NCBI GenBank assembly: GCA_043758495.1
Contig: JAYVNL010000015.1
Location: 1 to 52,179 of the forward strand
Source of the DNA: Rhizobacter sp.
Lineage (GTDB): Bacteria; Pseudomonadota; Gammaproteobacteria; Burkholderiales; Burkholderiaceae_C
DNA: 52,179 nucleotides
Direction of reading: 5' to 3'
This document shows, piece by piece, positions 28,104 through 37,192 of this stretch. A model generated the notes under the pieces. It saw nothing but the letters and a program-made list of their open reading frames with translations, did no database searches and was not told the DNA's origin. Within the stretch, counting starts at the first letter, position 1. Each line of letters begins with the position of its first letter. The translations under genes were made by a program, and so were the position numbers.

Positions 28104-28816
28104 CGCTGCGAAGGCGGCCGCAGCAGCATCTGTGTGACGGCTTCGGGCAGCGCACGCGGCGAGCCTCGGCGACGCGGCATGCCACTCACGAACGGCAGCA
28201 GCTGCACGCGGGCGACGCGGAGCACGCGGCGCAACTCGGTCACCGGCTCGGCGTGCTCGTCGACGCGCAGATCGACGCTGGCATAGGCTTCTTCGCCGAC
28301 GATCTTCAGCGCGGCCGACTGCTTGCCGCGGAAGTCGCCACCGGCTGCGTCGCCGGCTTCGAGCGCGGCCATGAGCCGTTCCGCGAGATCGGCCGCCGGA
28401 TCGCGTTGCCAGGCCGCGTGCATGGCCTTCAGCGTGGCCTCGCCCGCCAGCATGTTGCCCTGGATGGCGAAGTCGGCGCCGACGATCTGGCCCTGCCACG
28501 CGGTGCAGCCGGTGCCGGTCCACGCCACCGCCGGCCCGGTCGTCCCGATGACGCCGATCTGGCGCAAGGCAGCGTCGGCGTCTGTGGCCAGCACCGCGTC
28601 GAGCGCCTGCCGTGCGCCGATGCCGCCACGAAGCGACGCCAGCACACGGAGCGCCAGGTACGGATTGACCCACGACTGCGTCGACACGGCGCCGACGCCG
28701 GCTTCGAGATAGGGGCACATCGAGCCGACGGCCGGCACCGCACTGGCGACGGCCACGCCGAGTTCACCGCTGCGCTCGCAACGCGCCACGATCGAGAAGG
28801 TGTTCAGTTCTAGCAT
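28100..28816 (-). CDS. DUF1028 (Ntn-hydrolase-like) protein
   Basis: TFSIVARC…GVAVAS…VGAVSTQ…QGNML…GGDFRGKQSAAL…DLRVD. Confidence 0.9.
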   Translation of the reverse strand: MLELNTFSIVARCERSGELGVAVASAVPAVGSMCPYLEAGVGAVSTQSWVNPYLALRVLASLRGGIGARQALDAVLATDADAALRQIGVIGTTGPAVAWTGTGCTAWQGQIVGADFAIQGNMLAGEATLKAMHAAWQRDPAADLAERLMAALEAGDAAGGDFRGKQSAALKIVGEEAYASVDLRVDEHAEPVTELRRVLRVARVQLLPFVSGMPRRRGSPRALPEAVTQMLLRPPSQR

Positions 28817-28822
28817 GCTCGG

Positions 28823-29524
28823 TCAGACCCCCAACCGGCCGATGATGCGCGCGTGCGCACCGGCCTCGTCGGTGCGGCCCTGCTCGGCAAGCTCGCCGCG
28901 TTCGAGCACGGCGTAGCGGTCGGCCGTCTTCAACGCGAAGTCCACGTTTTGTTCGACGATGAGCATCGCGATGTGGGCCGTGCGGCGCTCGGCCTGCAGC
29001 ACGCCGGAAATGCGCTCGATCACCGAGGGCTGCAGGCCTTCGGTGATCTCGTCGAGCAGCAGCAGGCGCGGCCCGGCCATCAATGCACGGCCGAGGATCA
29101 GCATCTTCTGCTCGCCGCCCGAGAGCGTGCCGGCCTTCTGCCGAAGCCGCTGGCCGATGAACGGGAAGTAGCCGGCGATGCGCTCGATGCCATCGCGCAG
29201 GCGCTGGCGGTCGGGCACCGCGACGCGCAGGTTCTCTTCGACGCTGAGATCCTGGAACACGGCCTGCTCCTGCGGCGCGTAGGCGATGCCGAGCTCGGCC
29301 AGCCGGTGCGGCTCGCCGGCAGCGAGCACCTGGCCGTCGAACGCCACCGTGCCGCTCTGGCGCGGCAGGAAGCCCATGATTCCCTTGAGCAGGGTCGACT
29401 TGCCCATGCCGTTCTTGCCCAGCAGTGCGAGCGCCTCGCCGGGCCCGACGGCGAGGGTGACGTCGCGGATCACCGTGGCTTCGCCGTAGCCGCAGCTCAG
29501 CACATCGAGCGCGAGCACGCTCAC
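28823..29524 (-). CDS. ABC ATP-binding protein (LivF/UrtE type)
   Basis: GKNGMGKS, LSGGEQK, LLLDE; GTG start in a GTGA overlap. Confidence 0.92.
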   Translation of the reverse strand: MSVLALDVLSCGYGEATVIRDVTLAVGPGEALALLGKNGMGKSTLLKGIMGFLPRQSGTVAFDGQVLAAGEPHRLAELGIAYAPQEQAVFQDLSVEENLRVAVPDRQRLRDGIERIAGYFPFIGQRLRQKAGTLSGGEQKMLILGRALMAGPRLLLLDEITEGLQPSVIERISGVLQAERRTAHIAMLIVEQNVDFALKTADRYAVLERGELAEQGRTDEAGAHARIIGRLGV

Positions 29525-31344
29525 GCCGTGCTCTCTGCGGCCGCATGCGGCAGCGCCGCGGCGCCGGCATAGATGTCGCGCACGAGCTTCGAGTGCACGA
29601 CCTCGTCGACCGAGCCGTCGAGCACGATCTCGCCCTGGTGCAGCACGATGACGCGCGAGCTGATCTCGCAGACGAAGTCGAGGTCGTGCTCGATCAGCAC
29701 CACGCACATCTGGTGCTCGGCGGCGAGGCGCACGAGCGTGTCGCCGATCTGCGTGCGCTCGGGCTTGCTCAGGCCGGCGGTGGGCTCGTCGAGCAGCAGG
29801 ATGTTCGGCTCGAGCGCCAGCACCATCGCCAGCTCGAGCGCCTGCTTCTGGCCGTGCGAGAGCACGCGGCAAGGCGTGGCCAGCAGGTGGTCGAGGCCCG
29901 TGGTCTGCACGATGGCCATGGCGGCCGCCGGCAGCGCCACGCGGTCGCTGCGCCGCCACATCCGGGGGCGGTCGAGCCGCGTGCGCGCGACGGCGAGCGC
30001 GTCGAGTACGGTCAGGCCGTCGAAGACGTTGGCGGTCTGGAACTTGCGGCCGATGCCGAGCCGCACGCACTCGAACGGCGGCAGGCGGCCGATGTCGTGG
30101 TCGTTCAGGGCGATCGTTCCCGAGGAGCGCTCGCGGCCGTCGCTGATGCAGCGCATGAGCGTGGTCTTGCCGGCGCCGTTGGGTCCCACCAGCGACAGCA
30201 GCTCGCCGTGGCGCGCGTCGAAGCTCACGTCGCGCAGCACGGTGAGGCTGCCGAAGTGCTTGGCCACGGCGCCGACATGGAGTGCGAGTCGGCCGCGCGC
30301 GACCAGCCCGGCCAGCGGTTGCGGCTCGGCGCCGACCAGTCGCCCCGCGGCGGCCGCGGTTGCGTCGCGGCCGCGCCGGAACCGGCCCACCAGCGCCGGC
30401 AACAACCCCTTCGGCATGACGACGATGACGAACACGAAGGCCACCCCGAGCACCAGCTTCCAGACGAAGGGCAGGTCGCCGCTCAGGTAGGCCGAGCCGA
30501 GGTCGATGAACAGCGTGCCGAAGACCGGCCCGAGCACCGTACCGCGGCCGCCGAGTGCGACCCAGATCACGAGCTCGGTGCCGAACTGGAAGCCGGCCAT
30601 CTCCGGCGCCACGACCATGCCGTAGCCGGCGTACAGGAAGCCGGCGAGCGCGCACACGCCCGAAAGACCGACCAGCAGCAGCGTCTTCAGCCGCGAGGTG
30701 TTGAGGCCGAGGTAGTCGCAGCGGGCTTCGTTCTCGCGCACGGCAGTGAGCAGGCGGCCGACGTCGCTGCGCACGAAGCGCAAGGCCGCCAGCGTCGTGA
30801 GCAGCAGCAGGCCGCCGCTCAGCCAGAGCCAGGTGGAGGTCTCGATGTCGAAGCTTTCGAAGCCGGAGAGGCCGCTGCTCGAGCCGGTGAAGTTGCCGCC
30901 GGAAAAGATGATCTGCGTCGCCACGATGGGCAGCACCAGCGACACCACCGATGCGTAGAGTGGCGTCGCACTCGGGTAGAACGACAGCCAGCCCACCAGC
31001 GCGGCCACCACCATGCTCGCCGCGATGCCGCCCACGAGCGCCAGCACGGCCGTGCCCGCCGAGAAGCCCAGGTGTGTGAAAACCAGCCCGGCCGAGTACG
31101 CGCCGATGCCGAAGAAGGTGGCCTGGCCAAAGGTGAGGATGCCGGCATAGCCCCAGAGCAGGTCGACGGTGATCGCCACCACCGCGTAGAGGCAGGAGCG
31201 CACCAGCGTGTTCTGCGCGAACTGCGGCAGCACCCAGGGGGCGACCACCAGCAGCGCGATGGCGGCCGCGAGCAGCACGACGTGCTGCCGGTTCAGCGGC
31301 TTCTTCACGTGCGCTTCGGTCACGCGTTGAACGGCCTCAACCAC
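29521..31344 (-). CDS. Fused ABC permease + ATPase (LivM-LivG / UrtC-UrtD type)
   Basis: WGYAGILTFGQ permease half; GPNGAGKT, LSHGQKQ, LLLDEP ATPase half. Confidence 0.9.
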   Translation of the reverse strand: MVEAVQRVTEAHVKKPLNRQHVVLLAAAIALLVVAPWVLPQFAQNTLVRSCLYAVVAITVDLLWGYAGILTFGQATFFGIGAYSAGLVFTHLGFSAGTAVLALVGGIAASMVVAALVGWLSFYPSATPLYASVVSLVLPIVATQIIFSGGNFTGSSSGLSGFESFDIETSTWLWLSGGLLLLTTLAALRFVRSDVGRLLTAVRENEARCDYLGLNTSRLKTLLLVGLSGVCALAGFLYAGYGMVVAPEMAGFQFGTELVIWVALGGRGTVLGPVFGTLFIDLGSAYLSGDLPFVWKLVLGVAFVFVIVVMPKGLLPALVGRFRRGRDATAAAAGRLVGAEPQPLAGLVARGRLALHVGAVAKHFGSLTVLRDVSFDARHGELLSLVGPNGAGKTTLMRCISDGRERSSGTIALNDHDIGRLPPFECVRLGIGRKFQTANVFDGLTVLDALAVARTRLDRPRMWRRSDRVALPAAAMAIVQTTGLDHLLATPCRVLSHGQKQALELAMVLALEPNILLLDEPTAGLSKPERTQIGDTLVRLAAEHQMCVVLIEHDLDFVCEISSRVIVLHQGEIVLDGSVDEVVHSKLVRDIYAGAAALPHAAAESTA

Positions 31345-32170
31345 GGGCGAAGCCGCCGGGCCGGATGCGCAGCACCAGCGCGCCGAGCACGACGATCGTC
31401 AGCGCGCCCAGCACCGGGCTGCCGAACACGCTCACCAGCACCTGCGCGCCTCCCAGCAGCAGGCAGGCCACCGCGAGGCTCAACAGCGAGGTGCCGGAGA
31501 TCATCGCCAGCATGAAGGCGTTGGTCAGCCAGGGAACGCCCATGTTCGGGTCGACGCTCGAGAGCGGCGTGATGAGCGCGCCGGCCAGGCAGGCGAGGCC
31601 CGCACCGAAGGCGAAGGTGGACAGGCGCACGCGGGCGCTGTTGACGCCGAGGCCGCGTGCCAGCGTCTCGTTCATCGTCACCGCACGCGTGATCAGGCCG
31701 AGGCGCGTGCCGTTCAGCACGCCGGCGATGGCCGCCGCCACGGCCAGCGCCATGCCGATGAGCGCCAGCCGGTAGACCGAGTACTCGGTGCCGAACAAAT
31801 GCACCGTGCCCGACAGCGGGCTCTCCGCGAACTGCACGCCACGGCCGAAGGCCAGCGTGATGAGCTGCCCGATGACGATGCCCAGGCCCCACGTCGCGAG
31901 GATGGCGTCGAGCGGGCGCGAATGCAACGGCCGCACGATGAAGCGCTCGACCAGCGCGCCGCAGCCGATGCCGATCACGAAGGCCACGGCGCCCCCGGAC
32001 CACGGGCTCCAGCCCCACTGGGTGACGAGCAGCGGCGCGTAGCCGCCCAGCGTGAGGAAGCCGCCATGCGCGAAGTTGATGATCTTCATCACACCGAAGA
32101 TCAGCAGCAGGCCGCACGACACGATGAACAGGATCGCCGCCGTGCTCAGGATGTCCAGCAGCAGCGACAT
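31337..32170 (-). CDS. ABC permease (LivH/UrtB type)
   Basis: GLLLIFGVMKIINFAHG; TRLGLITRA. Confidence 0.92.
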   Translation of the reverse strand: MSLLLDILSTAAILFIVSCGLLLIFGVMKIINFAHGGFLTLGGYAPLLVTQWGWSPWSGGAVAFVIGIGCGALVERFIVRPLHSRPLDAILATWGLGIVIGQLITLAFGRGVQFAESPLSGTVHLFGTEYSVYRLALIGMALAVAAAIAGVLNGTRLGLITRAVTMNETLARGLGVNSARVRLSTFAFGAGLACLAGALITPLSSVDPNMGVPWLTNAFMLAMISGTSLLSLAVACLLLGGAQVLVSVFGSPVLGALTIVVLGALVLRIRPGGFARG

Positions 32171-32248
32171 GCGTGGCTCGAAGAGAGAACTGGCCCGCAG
32201 CGGCCGTGACAGGCCGCCGCGGGAACGAGCGTCAGGGTGACGCGAGGC

Positions 32249-33409
32249 TCACTTCAGGTTCGGGCACTGCGCGCCGGGATCCACGTCCTTGAAAGTTTCG
32301 AGCAGTTTGATGCCGCCGTCTTTCTGCACCTGCCCGAGGTACATCGTGAGCGGCGCGTGGCGCTGCTTGTTCATCTGGATCGTGCCGCGCGGGCCCTCGG
32401 TCTTCACCGTGGCGAGCGCCGTGACCACTTTCTCGGCGTCGGTCGAGCCGGCCTTTTCCACCGCGGCCTTGTACAGGTAGACCGCTTCGTACTGCGGCAC
32501 CGAGAGGTCGTTGGGCGTCTTGAGCTTGTCGCCGAACTTCTTCTGCATCGCGGCCATGAACGCCTTGTTCTTGGGGCTGTCGATGTTGGTGAGGTAGGAG
32601 CCCGAGATGACGATGCCTTCGGCGTCGGCGCCCATGTCCTTGGCCGTGCCCTCGTCGACCGCGAGGTTGCCGTACGGCAGCGTGATGCCGGCCGCACGCA
32701 GCTGCTTGGTCAGGGTGACGTTCGGCGCGCCGCCCGCCGTCGACGTGATGATCGCGTCGGGCTTGGCTGTCTTCAGCTTGTTGATCACCGCCGTCCAGTC
32801 GGAGCCGTCCATGGGCAGGTATTCCTCGCCAACGACCTTGCCGCCCTTCTTGCCGATGTAGGCCTTGGTGAACTCCAGCATGCCGCGGCCGAACGCGTAG
32901 TCGCTGCCGACGAGGAAGAAGTTCTTCGCCTGGTTGGTCTTCATGAAGTAGTCGACGATGGGTGCCACCTGCTGGTCGGGCACCCAGGCGTTGACGTACA
33001 TGTACTTGTTGCACGAGCGGCCCTCGTAGAACGAGGTGTAGATGTAGGGCGTCTTGCCGCGCGTGACGATGGGCAGGCCGGCATTGCGCGCGGCGCTGGT
33101 CTCCATCGAGATCAGCACGTTGACCTTCTTCTGGAAGATCAGCGAGTCGAAGGCCTTCTGCGCGCCGGCGGCGCCGCTGGCGTCGTCGGCCACCTCGAGC
33201 GCAAGCATGCGGCCGAGCACGCCGCCCTTGGCGTTGATCTCCTCGACGGCGAGTTCGGCCGCCTGCACCACCGACGGCGCAACGACGCTGTTGGCGCCGC
33301 TCAGGCCGACCGGCACGCCGATCTTGATCGGGTCGGCGGCGAGTGCCTGCAATGTCGCGAAACCCGCTGCTGCGGCGACTGCCCGCCGCGTCCATTTGTT
33401 CGTGCTCAT
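32249..33409 (-). CDS. Periplasmic amide/urea-type binding protein (UrtA/AmiC-like)
   Basis: Signal peptide; AVEEINAKGGVLGR; YTSFYEG; GSDYAFGR; GGAGG RBS. Confidence 0.9.
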   Translation of the reverse strand: MSTNKWTRRAVAAAAGFATLQALAADPIKIGVPVGLSGANSVVAPSVVQAAELAVEEINAKGGVLGRMLALEVADDASGAAGAQKAFDSLIFQKKVNVLISMETSAARNAGLPIVTRGKTPYIYTSFYEGRSCNKYMYVNAWVPDQQVAPIVDYFMKTNQAKNFFLVGSDYAFGRGMLEFTKAYIGKKGGKVVGEEYLPMDGSDWTAVINKLKTAKPDAIITSTAGGAPNVTLTKQLRAAGITLPYGNLAVDEGTAKDMGADAEGIVISGSYLTNIDSPKNKAFMAAMQKKFGDKLKTPNDLSVPQYEAVYLYKAAVEKAGSTDAEKVVTALATVKTEGPRGTIQMNKQRHAPLTMYLGQVQKDGGIKLLETFKDVDPGAQCPNLK

Positions 33410-33455
33410 GAATACCTCCGCTGGATGGTCAAAGAAGAATGGGAAACCTGCGCCG

Positions 33456-34307
33456 TCATACATAGGCGTCCGGGCGGCGATCCCGAAGCACCTGGTTGAA
33501 ATCGTTCCAGCGGCGCGCCCGCTTCGCCTCGGCGAGATCGAGGTCGGCAAAGAGAATCTGCTCGCCGCTCGCCGATGCCGGCCCGGCGACCGGCCAGCCG
33601 GTGTGGCTCACGATCAGGCTCTGGCCGATGAAGGGCTGGCCGCGCTCGGTACCGACGCGGTCGGCAGCGGCGATGCAGATGGAGTTGGTGTGCGCTGCCG
33701 CCATGGTCAGGATGTTGGCCATCGCCTCGCGCTGCGGGTCCTGGCCGGGGATCGGTACCCAGTTGGTCGGCACGCACACCAGCTCGGCGCCCTTGAGTGC
33801 CACCGCCCGATAGAACTCGGGAAACCAGCCGTCGTAGCAGATGCCCACGCCGAGGGTGCCGTGCTCGGTGGCGAAGACCGGGAAGCCGAGGTCGCCGGGC
33901 GCGAAGAAGAGGTTCTCGTCGCCCCACAGGTGGACCTTGCGGAACAGGCCGACGCGTCCGCGAGGGCCGAGCACCGCGGCGGCGTTGAACAGCCGGTCGC
34001 CGGCACGCTCGGCGAAGCCGGCGACGACGTACACGCCCAGCCGCTGTGCCAGCGCCGCCCACTGCGTGGTGCTCTCGCCGTCCTGGTAGCTGTCGGCCAG
34101 CGCGAACGCTTCGGCGCGGCTCTCGAAGACGTAGCCCGAGCTGCAAAGCTCCGGCAGCACGACGATGCGGGCGCCGCCAGCCGCTGCACGCTCGATGAAC
34201 TCGGCGCTGCGCGCGAGGTTTGCGGCCTTGCTCCCGACCATGGGCGCCAACTGGCAGCAGGCCACACGCACCGGAGCCACGGCAGGACGATCGGTGGAAA
34301 CACTCAT
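33456..34307 (-). CDS. Nitrilase-superfamily carbon-nitrogen hydrolase
   Basis: E-K-C triad: VLPEL, FRKVHL, GICYDGWFPE; GAAGGA RBS. Confidence 0.92.
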   Translation of the reverse strand: MSVSTDRPAVAPVRVACCQLAPMVGSKAANLARSAEFIERAAAGGARIVVLPELCSSGYVFESRAEAFALADSYQDGESTTQWAALAQRLGVYVVAGFAERAGDRLFNAAAVLGPRGRVGLFRKVHLWGDENLFFAPGDLGFPVFATEHGTLGVGICYDGWFPEFYRAVALKGAELVCVPTNWVPIPGQDPQREAMANILTMAAAHTNSICIAAADRVGTERGQPFIGQSLIVSHTGWPVAGPASASGEQILFADLDLAEAKRARRWNDFNQVLRDRRPDAYV

Positions 34308-34310
34308 TCC

Positions 34311-34326
34311 TTCACCCGAGTTGAAT
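34311..34326. promoter_or_regulatory. Putative XRE operator, copy 1
   Basis: TTCACC-CGA-GTTGAAT over the nitrilase RBS; matches 35025-35040. Confidence 0.55.
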
Positions 34327-34342
34327 CCAATGCAACTTGTTC

Positions 34343-34357
34343 GCAAGTCATGTGCCA
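34343..34357 (-). promoter_or_regulatory. Sigma54 promoter of the nitrilase-ABC-amidase operon
   Basis: TGGCAC-ATGAC-TTGC. Confidence 0.8.
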
Positions 34358-34369
34358 AGGCTGCCGTGT

Positions 34370-35023
34370 CTAGAACGTCGGCGGCGTGTTGACCCAGAGC
34401 ACGCGCGTCACCCGCCGGCCCGGGTTGCGATAAGTGTGCGCCAGGTTCGATGGAAACGAGAACGAGTCGCCGGCCTGAAGCTCGTGCGTCGTATCGCCGA
34501 TGGCGAGCACCAGCGCGCCCTCGAGCACGTAGCCCATCTCGTCGCCCTCGTGCAGCATCGGGCCCATGCTGCCCCCGCCGGGCGCGACGATGTGGATGTT
34601 GCCCTGCAGCAGGTGGCCGCGACCGTTCGGCACCAGGCGCTCGAGCGTCACGCCGGCCGATTCGCCGGTTCCTGCTGCTGCCAGCAGGGGCCGGCTGCCG
34701 GCGCGGGCCACGTACTCGATGCCAGTCCAGTTGGCTTCGAACAGCGCGCCGATGTTGGTGCCGAGCACCGTCACCAGGCTGTGCAGCACCGTCAGCGGTG
34801 GCAGCGCCCGGTCGTTCTCGTACTTCGAGATCAGGCTGATCGACACGCCGACGCGCGCCGCCAGGTCCTTGATCAGCAGGCCCTTGACGAGACGCGCATG
34901 GCGCAGCCGAGGGCCGATGGCCACGGGCGATGCCGCCGCATCGCCCCGCGCCGGCGACGGTGCCCGCCGCCCCGACGCCGCGGCTTTCGCGGCAGGCCGT
35001 TTCTTCACGCTGACTTTCTTCAT
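34370..35023 (-). CDS. XRE-family HTH + cupin transcriptional regulator
   Basis: GPRLRHAR…DLAARVGVSISLISKYE; HEGDEMGYVLEG…H.YRN. Confidence 0.92.
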   Translation of the reverse strand: MKKVSVKKRPAAKAAASGRRAPSPARGDAAASPVAIGPRLRHARLVKGLLIKDLAARVGVSISLISKYENDRALPPLTVLHSLVTVLGTNIGALFEANWTGIEYVARAGSRPLLAAAGTGESAGVTLERLVPNGRGHLLQGNIHIVAPGGGSMGPMLHEGDEMGYVLEGALVLAIGDTTHELQAGDSFSFPSNLAHTYRNPGRRVTRVLWVNTPPTF

Positions 35024-35042
35024 GTTCAACCAAGTTGAATAT
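35022..35042. promoter_or_regulatory. Putative XRE operator, copy 2 (autoregulatory)
   Basis: ATGTTCAAC-CAA-GTTGAATAT dyad overlapping the regulator start codon. Confidence 0.6.
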
Positions 35043-35179
35043 AGTGCAAGCGACTTGCACCGTTTTGCGCCTGCGGGCACCATCGTTGGCACCGACGCAC
35101 CATCGCGAGGAGCCGGGTCAGGACGTTCGCCTGCCGGAGCAGCCTGCTTGCAATTCGCGCGCCGTTGCGGTGGTGGGCG

Positions 35180-35195
35180 TGGCCCCGCCTTTGCT
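35180..35195 (+). promoter_or_regulatory. Sigma54 promoter of the small-protein/amidase pair
   Basis: TGGCCC-CGCCT-TTGCT; NtrC-like GCACC half-sites upstream at 35057, 35077 and 35097. Confidence 0.7.
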
Positions 35196-35225
35196 TGAAG
35201 CCCTCGACCCATGAGAAAACGCCCC

Positions 35226-35435
35226 ATGCACACGCCCTCGCCACCGCAACAAACCGCCCACACGTTGCTGGCGCAACTGTCCGGCACGCCGCTCGACAGC
35301 GAGCGCTTGAAGGCCGTGCTGGCCGCCTATGCGCCGATCCTCGAAGAGATATCCCGGCTGCGCACGCTCGACCTGCGAGACGTGCATCCGGCCGTGATCT
35401 ACGAGCCGACGGCTCCTTACCGGTCGCCAACGTGA
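35226..35435 (+). CDS. Small AtzG/GatC-like amidase partner protein
   Basis: 69 aa, G.PL..ER.KAV…L..LDL…IYEP.APY; GTGA overlap with the amidase. Confidence 0.7.
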   Translation: MHTPSPPQQTAHTLLAQLSGTPLDSERLKAVLAAYAPILEEISRLRTLDLRDVHPAVIYEPTAPYRSPT

Positions 35436-36832
35436 CCGTGGACGACTTGCACTGGGCCACGCTGGCGCAGCTGAAGCGCGGACTCGACGCCGGCGACTTC
35501 AGCAGCCTGGATCTGACGCAGCACCTGCTCGATCGCATTGCGACTCACGACGGACGGGTCCAGAGCTTCATCCACGTGGCCGACGACGCGTTGACGCAGG
35601 CTCGCGCTGCCGATCGCAGGAGACGCCGCGGCGGCGCGGCGCGGCCACTCGACGGCATTCCTGTGGCGCTGAAAGACAACTACCAGAGCCGCGGCATGCC
35701 GACCACGGCCGGCACCGTGGCCACCGGAATCGCGTTTGCCGCCGACGAGGATTCGGCCTGTGCGGAGCGCCTGCGTGCCGCTGGCGCCGTGCTCCTCGGC
35801 AAGACGCGCACGCACGAGTTCGCGTGGGGCACGCTGACGCCGCCGGTCGCGAACCCCTGGGACCTCGAGCGCATCCCCGGCGGCTCCAGCGGCGGCTCGG
35901 GCGCAGCCGTGGCGGCCGGCTTCGTGCCCATGGGCATGGGCTCCGACACCGGCGGCTCGATCCGCATTCCGGCCAGCTTCTGTGGCGTGGTCGGCCTGAA
36001 GCCGACCTTCGGCCGCGTCAGCCGCTTCGGCATCGTGCCGCACAGCTGGTCGCTCGACCACCCAGGCCCGTTGACGCGCACGGTCGAAGACGCAGCGCTC
36101 GTGATGAACGTGCTCGCCGGCTACGACGCGCGCGACCCGGCCTGCCAGGACCAGCCGGTGCCCGACCACACCGCCGGCCTGGGGCGCGGCGTTCGCGGCC
36201 TGCGCATCGGCGTCATCGACAACCACTTCATGGATCGCAATGCGCCGGCGGTGCAGCAGTGCGTCGAGGGTCGGCTGCACGAGCTGCAGCGCGAAGGCGC
36301 TTCGGTCACGCACTTCTCGATGCCGATCCTGGCGTACGGCCTGGCGGCGATCTATGCCATCGAGCTCGCGTCGTCGGGTGCGTACCACGACCGCTGGATC
36401 GCCGAGGGCCGATCCGCCGAGTACCAGCCCGACGTGCGTGCGCTGGTGGAGATGGGGCGGCTGGTCTCGGCGGTGGACTACCTGAAGGCTGAGCAGGTGC
36501 GGGCCGTGATGGCGGGCGAATTCAGGCGCCTCTTCGATCACGTCGACGTGATCGTCACCCCCACCGAGCCGCTGACGGCCTGGAAGCGCGGCAGCGACAA
36601 GGTGGCCATCAACGGCACCGACGAGAGCGTGCTCGCCGCGTCGTGGCGGCTCACCTACCCGTTCAACTTGACCGGCCTGCCGGCGATCTCGGTGCCCTGC
36701 GGCTTCGACGACCAAGGCATGCCCATCGGCCTGCAGATCGCGGGCCGGCCCTTCGACGAGCCGATGGTGCTGCGCTGCGCGGCCGGCGTGGAGCGCCTGT
36801 GCGCAACGCACCGTCGGCCGCTCTTGGCGTGA
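35432..36832 (+). CDS. GatA/AtzE-like amidase
   Basis: ALKDN, GKTRTHEFA, PGGSSGGS, GSDTGGSIRIPA, GLKPTFGRVS. Confidence 0.93.
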   Translation: MTVDDLHWATLAQLKRGLDAGDFSSLDLTQHLLDRIATHDGRVQSFIHVADDALTQARAADRRRRRGGAARPLDGIPVALKDNYQSRGMPTTAGTVATGIAFAADEDSACAERLRAAGAVLLGKTRTHEFAWGTLTPPVANPWDLERIPGGSSGGSGAAVAAGFVPMGMGSDTGGSIRIPASFCGVVGLKPTFGRVSRFGIVPHSWSLDHPGPLTRTVEDAALVMNVLAGYDARDPACQDQPVPDHTAGLGRGVRGLRIGVIDNHFMDRNAPAVQQCVEGRLHELQREGASVTHFSMPILAYGLAAIYAIELASSGAYHDRWIAEGRSAEYQPDVRALVEMGRLVSAVDYLKAEQVRAVMAGEFRRLFDHVDVIVTPTEPLTAWKRGSDKVAINGTDESVLAASWRLTYPFNLTGLPAISVPCGFDDQGMPIGLQIAGRPFDEPMVLRCAAGVERLCATHRRPLLA

Positions 36833-36960
36833 TGTCGGCAACGCCCGTGACCAGCCGGCTCGGGTGCAATTCGCAGGGTCTTCTGTCCTCCGGCGCTCCC
36901 ATGAGCTAAAGGTAGTGCGATGGCCAGGTTCTCGAGTTTGGAGAACTGCTCGAGGGCCGC

Positions 36961-37161
36961 CGCTGTATCTCTGCTGGACCGCGGATCGGGCCGGTCAGCC
37001 GGTGGGCCTCAGGCTGAGCGCGTGGCGCGATGTCGCTGCGGCCAAGGCGGTCTTCAAGAAAGCGATCAAGAGCCAAGAGCGAGGACACGACCAGAACCGG
37101 GAAGAGCACCTTCGCGAATCTGGTGCTCGCAGCGGTAGACCCGCACCGTTTTGCAATAGCC
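36961..37161 (+). mobile_element. IS6-family transposase remnant
   Basis: LYL..TADRAGQPV.LRLSAWRDVAAAKAVFKKAIK resembles IS6 YLYRAVD..G…LS..RD..AAK.F; ends TTTGCAATAGCC, like a degraded IS6 IR. Confidence 0.7.
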
Positions 37162-37192
37162 AAGCCACTGGCCCCGGCCGCGCCGAAGCGAT

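Noticed and set aside
26805-28718. 637-aa amidase, and similar N-terminal extensions (33456..35060, 38705..40624, 48462..49940)
   Set aside because: Extensions overlap upstream genes out of frame; internal starts with RBS or stop-start overlaps exist.
35432-36832. gatA/gatC of the tRNA amidotransferase
   Set aside because: No gatB, catabolic sigma54 context, and GatA-specific sequence features are not evident.
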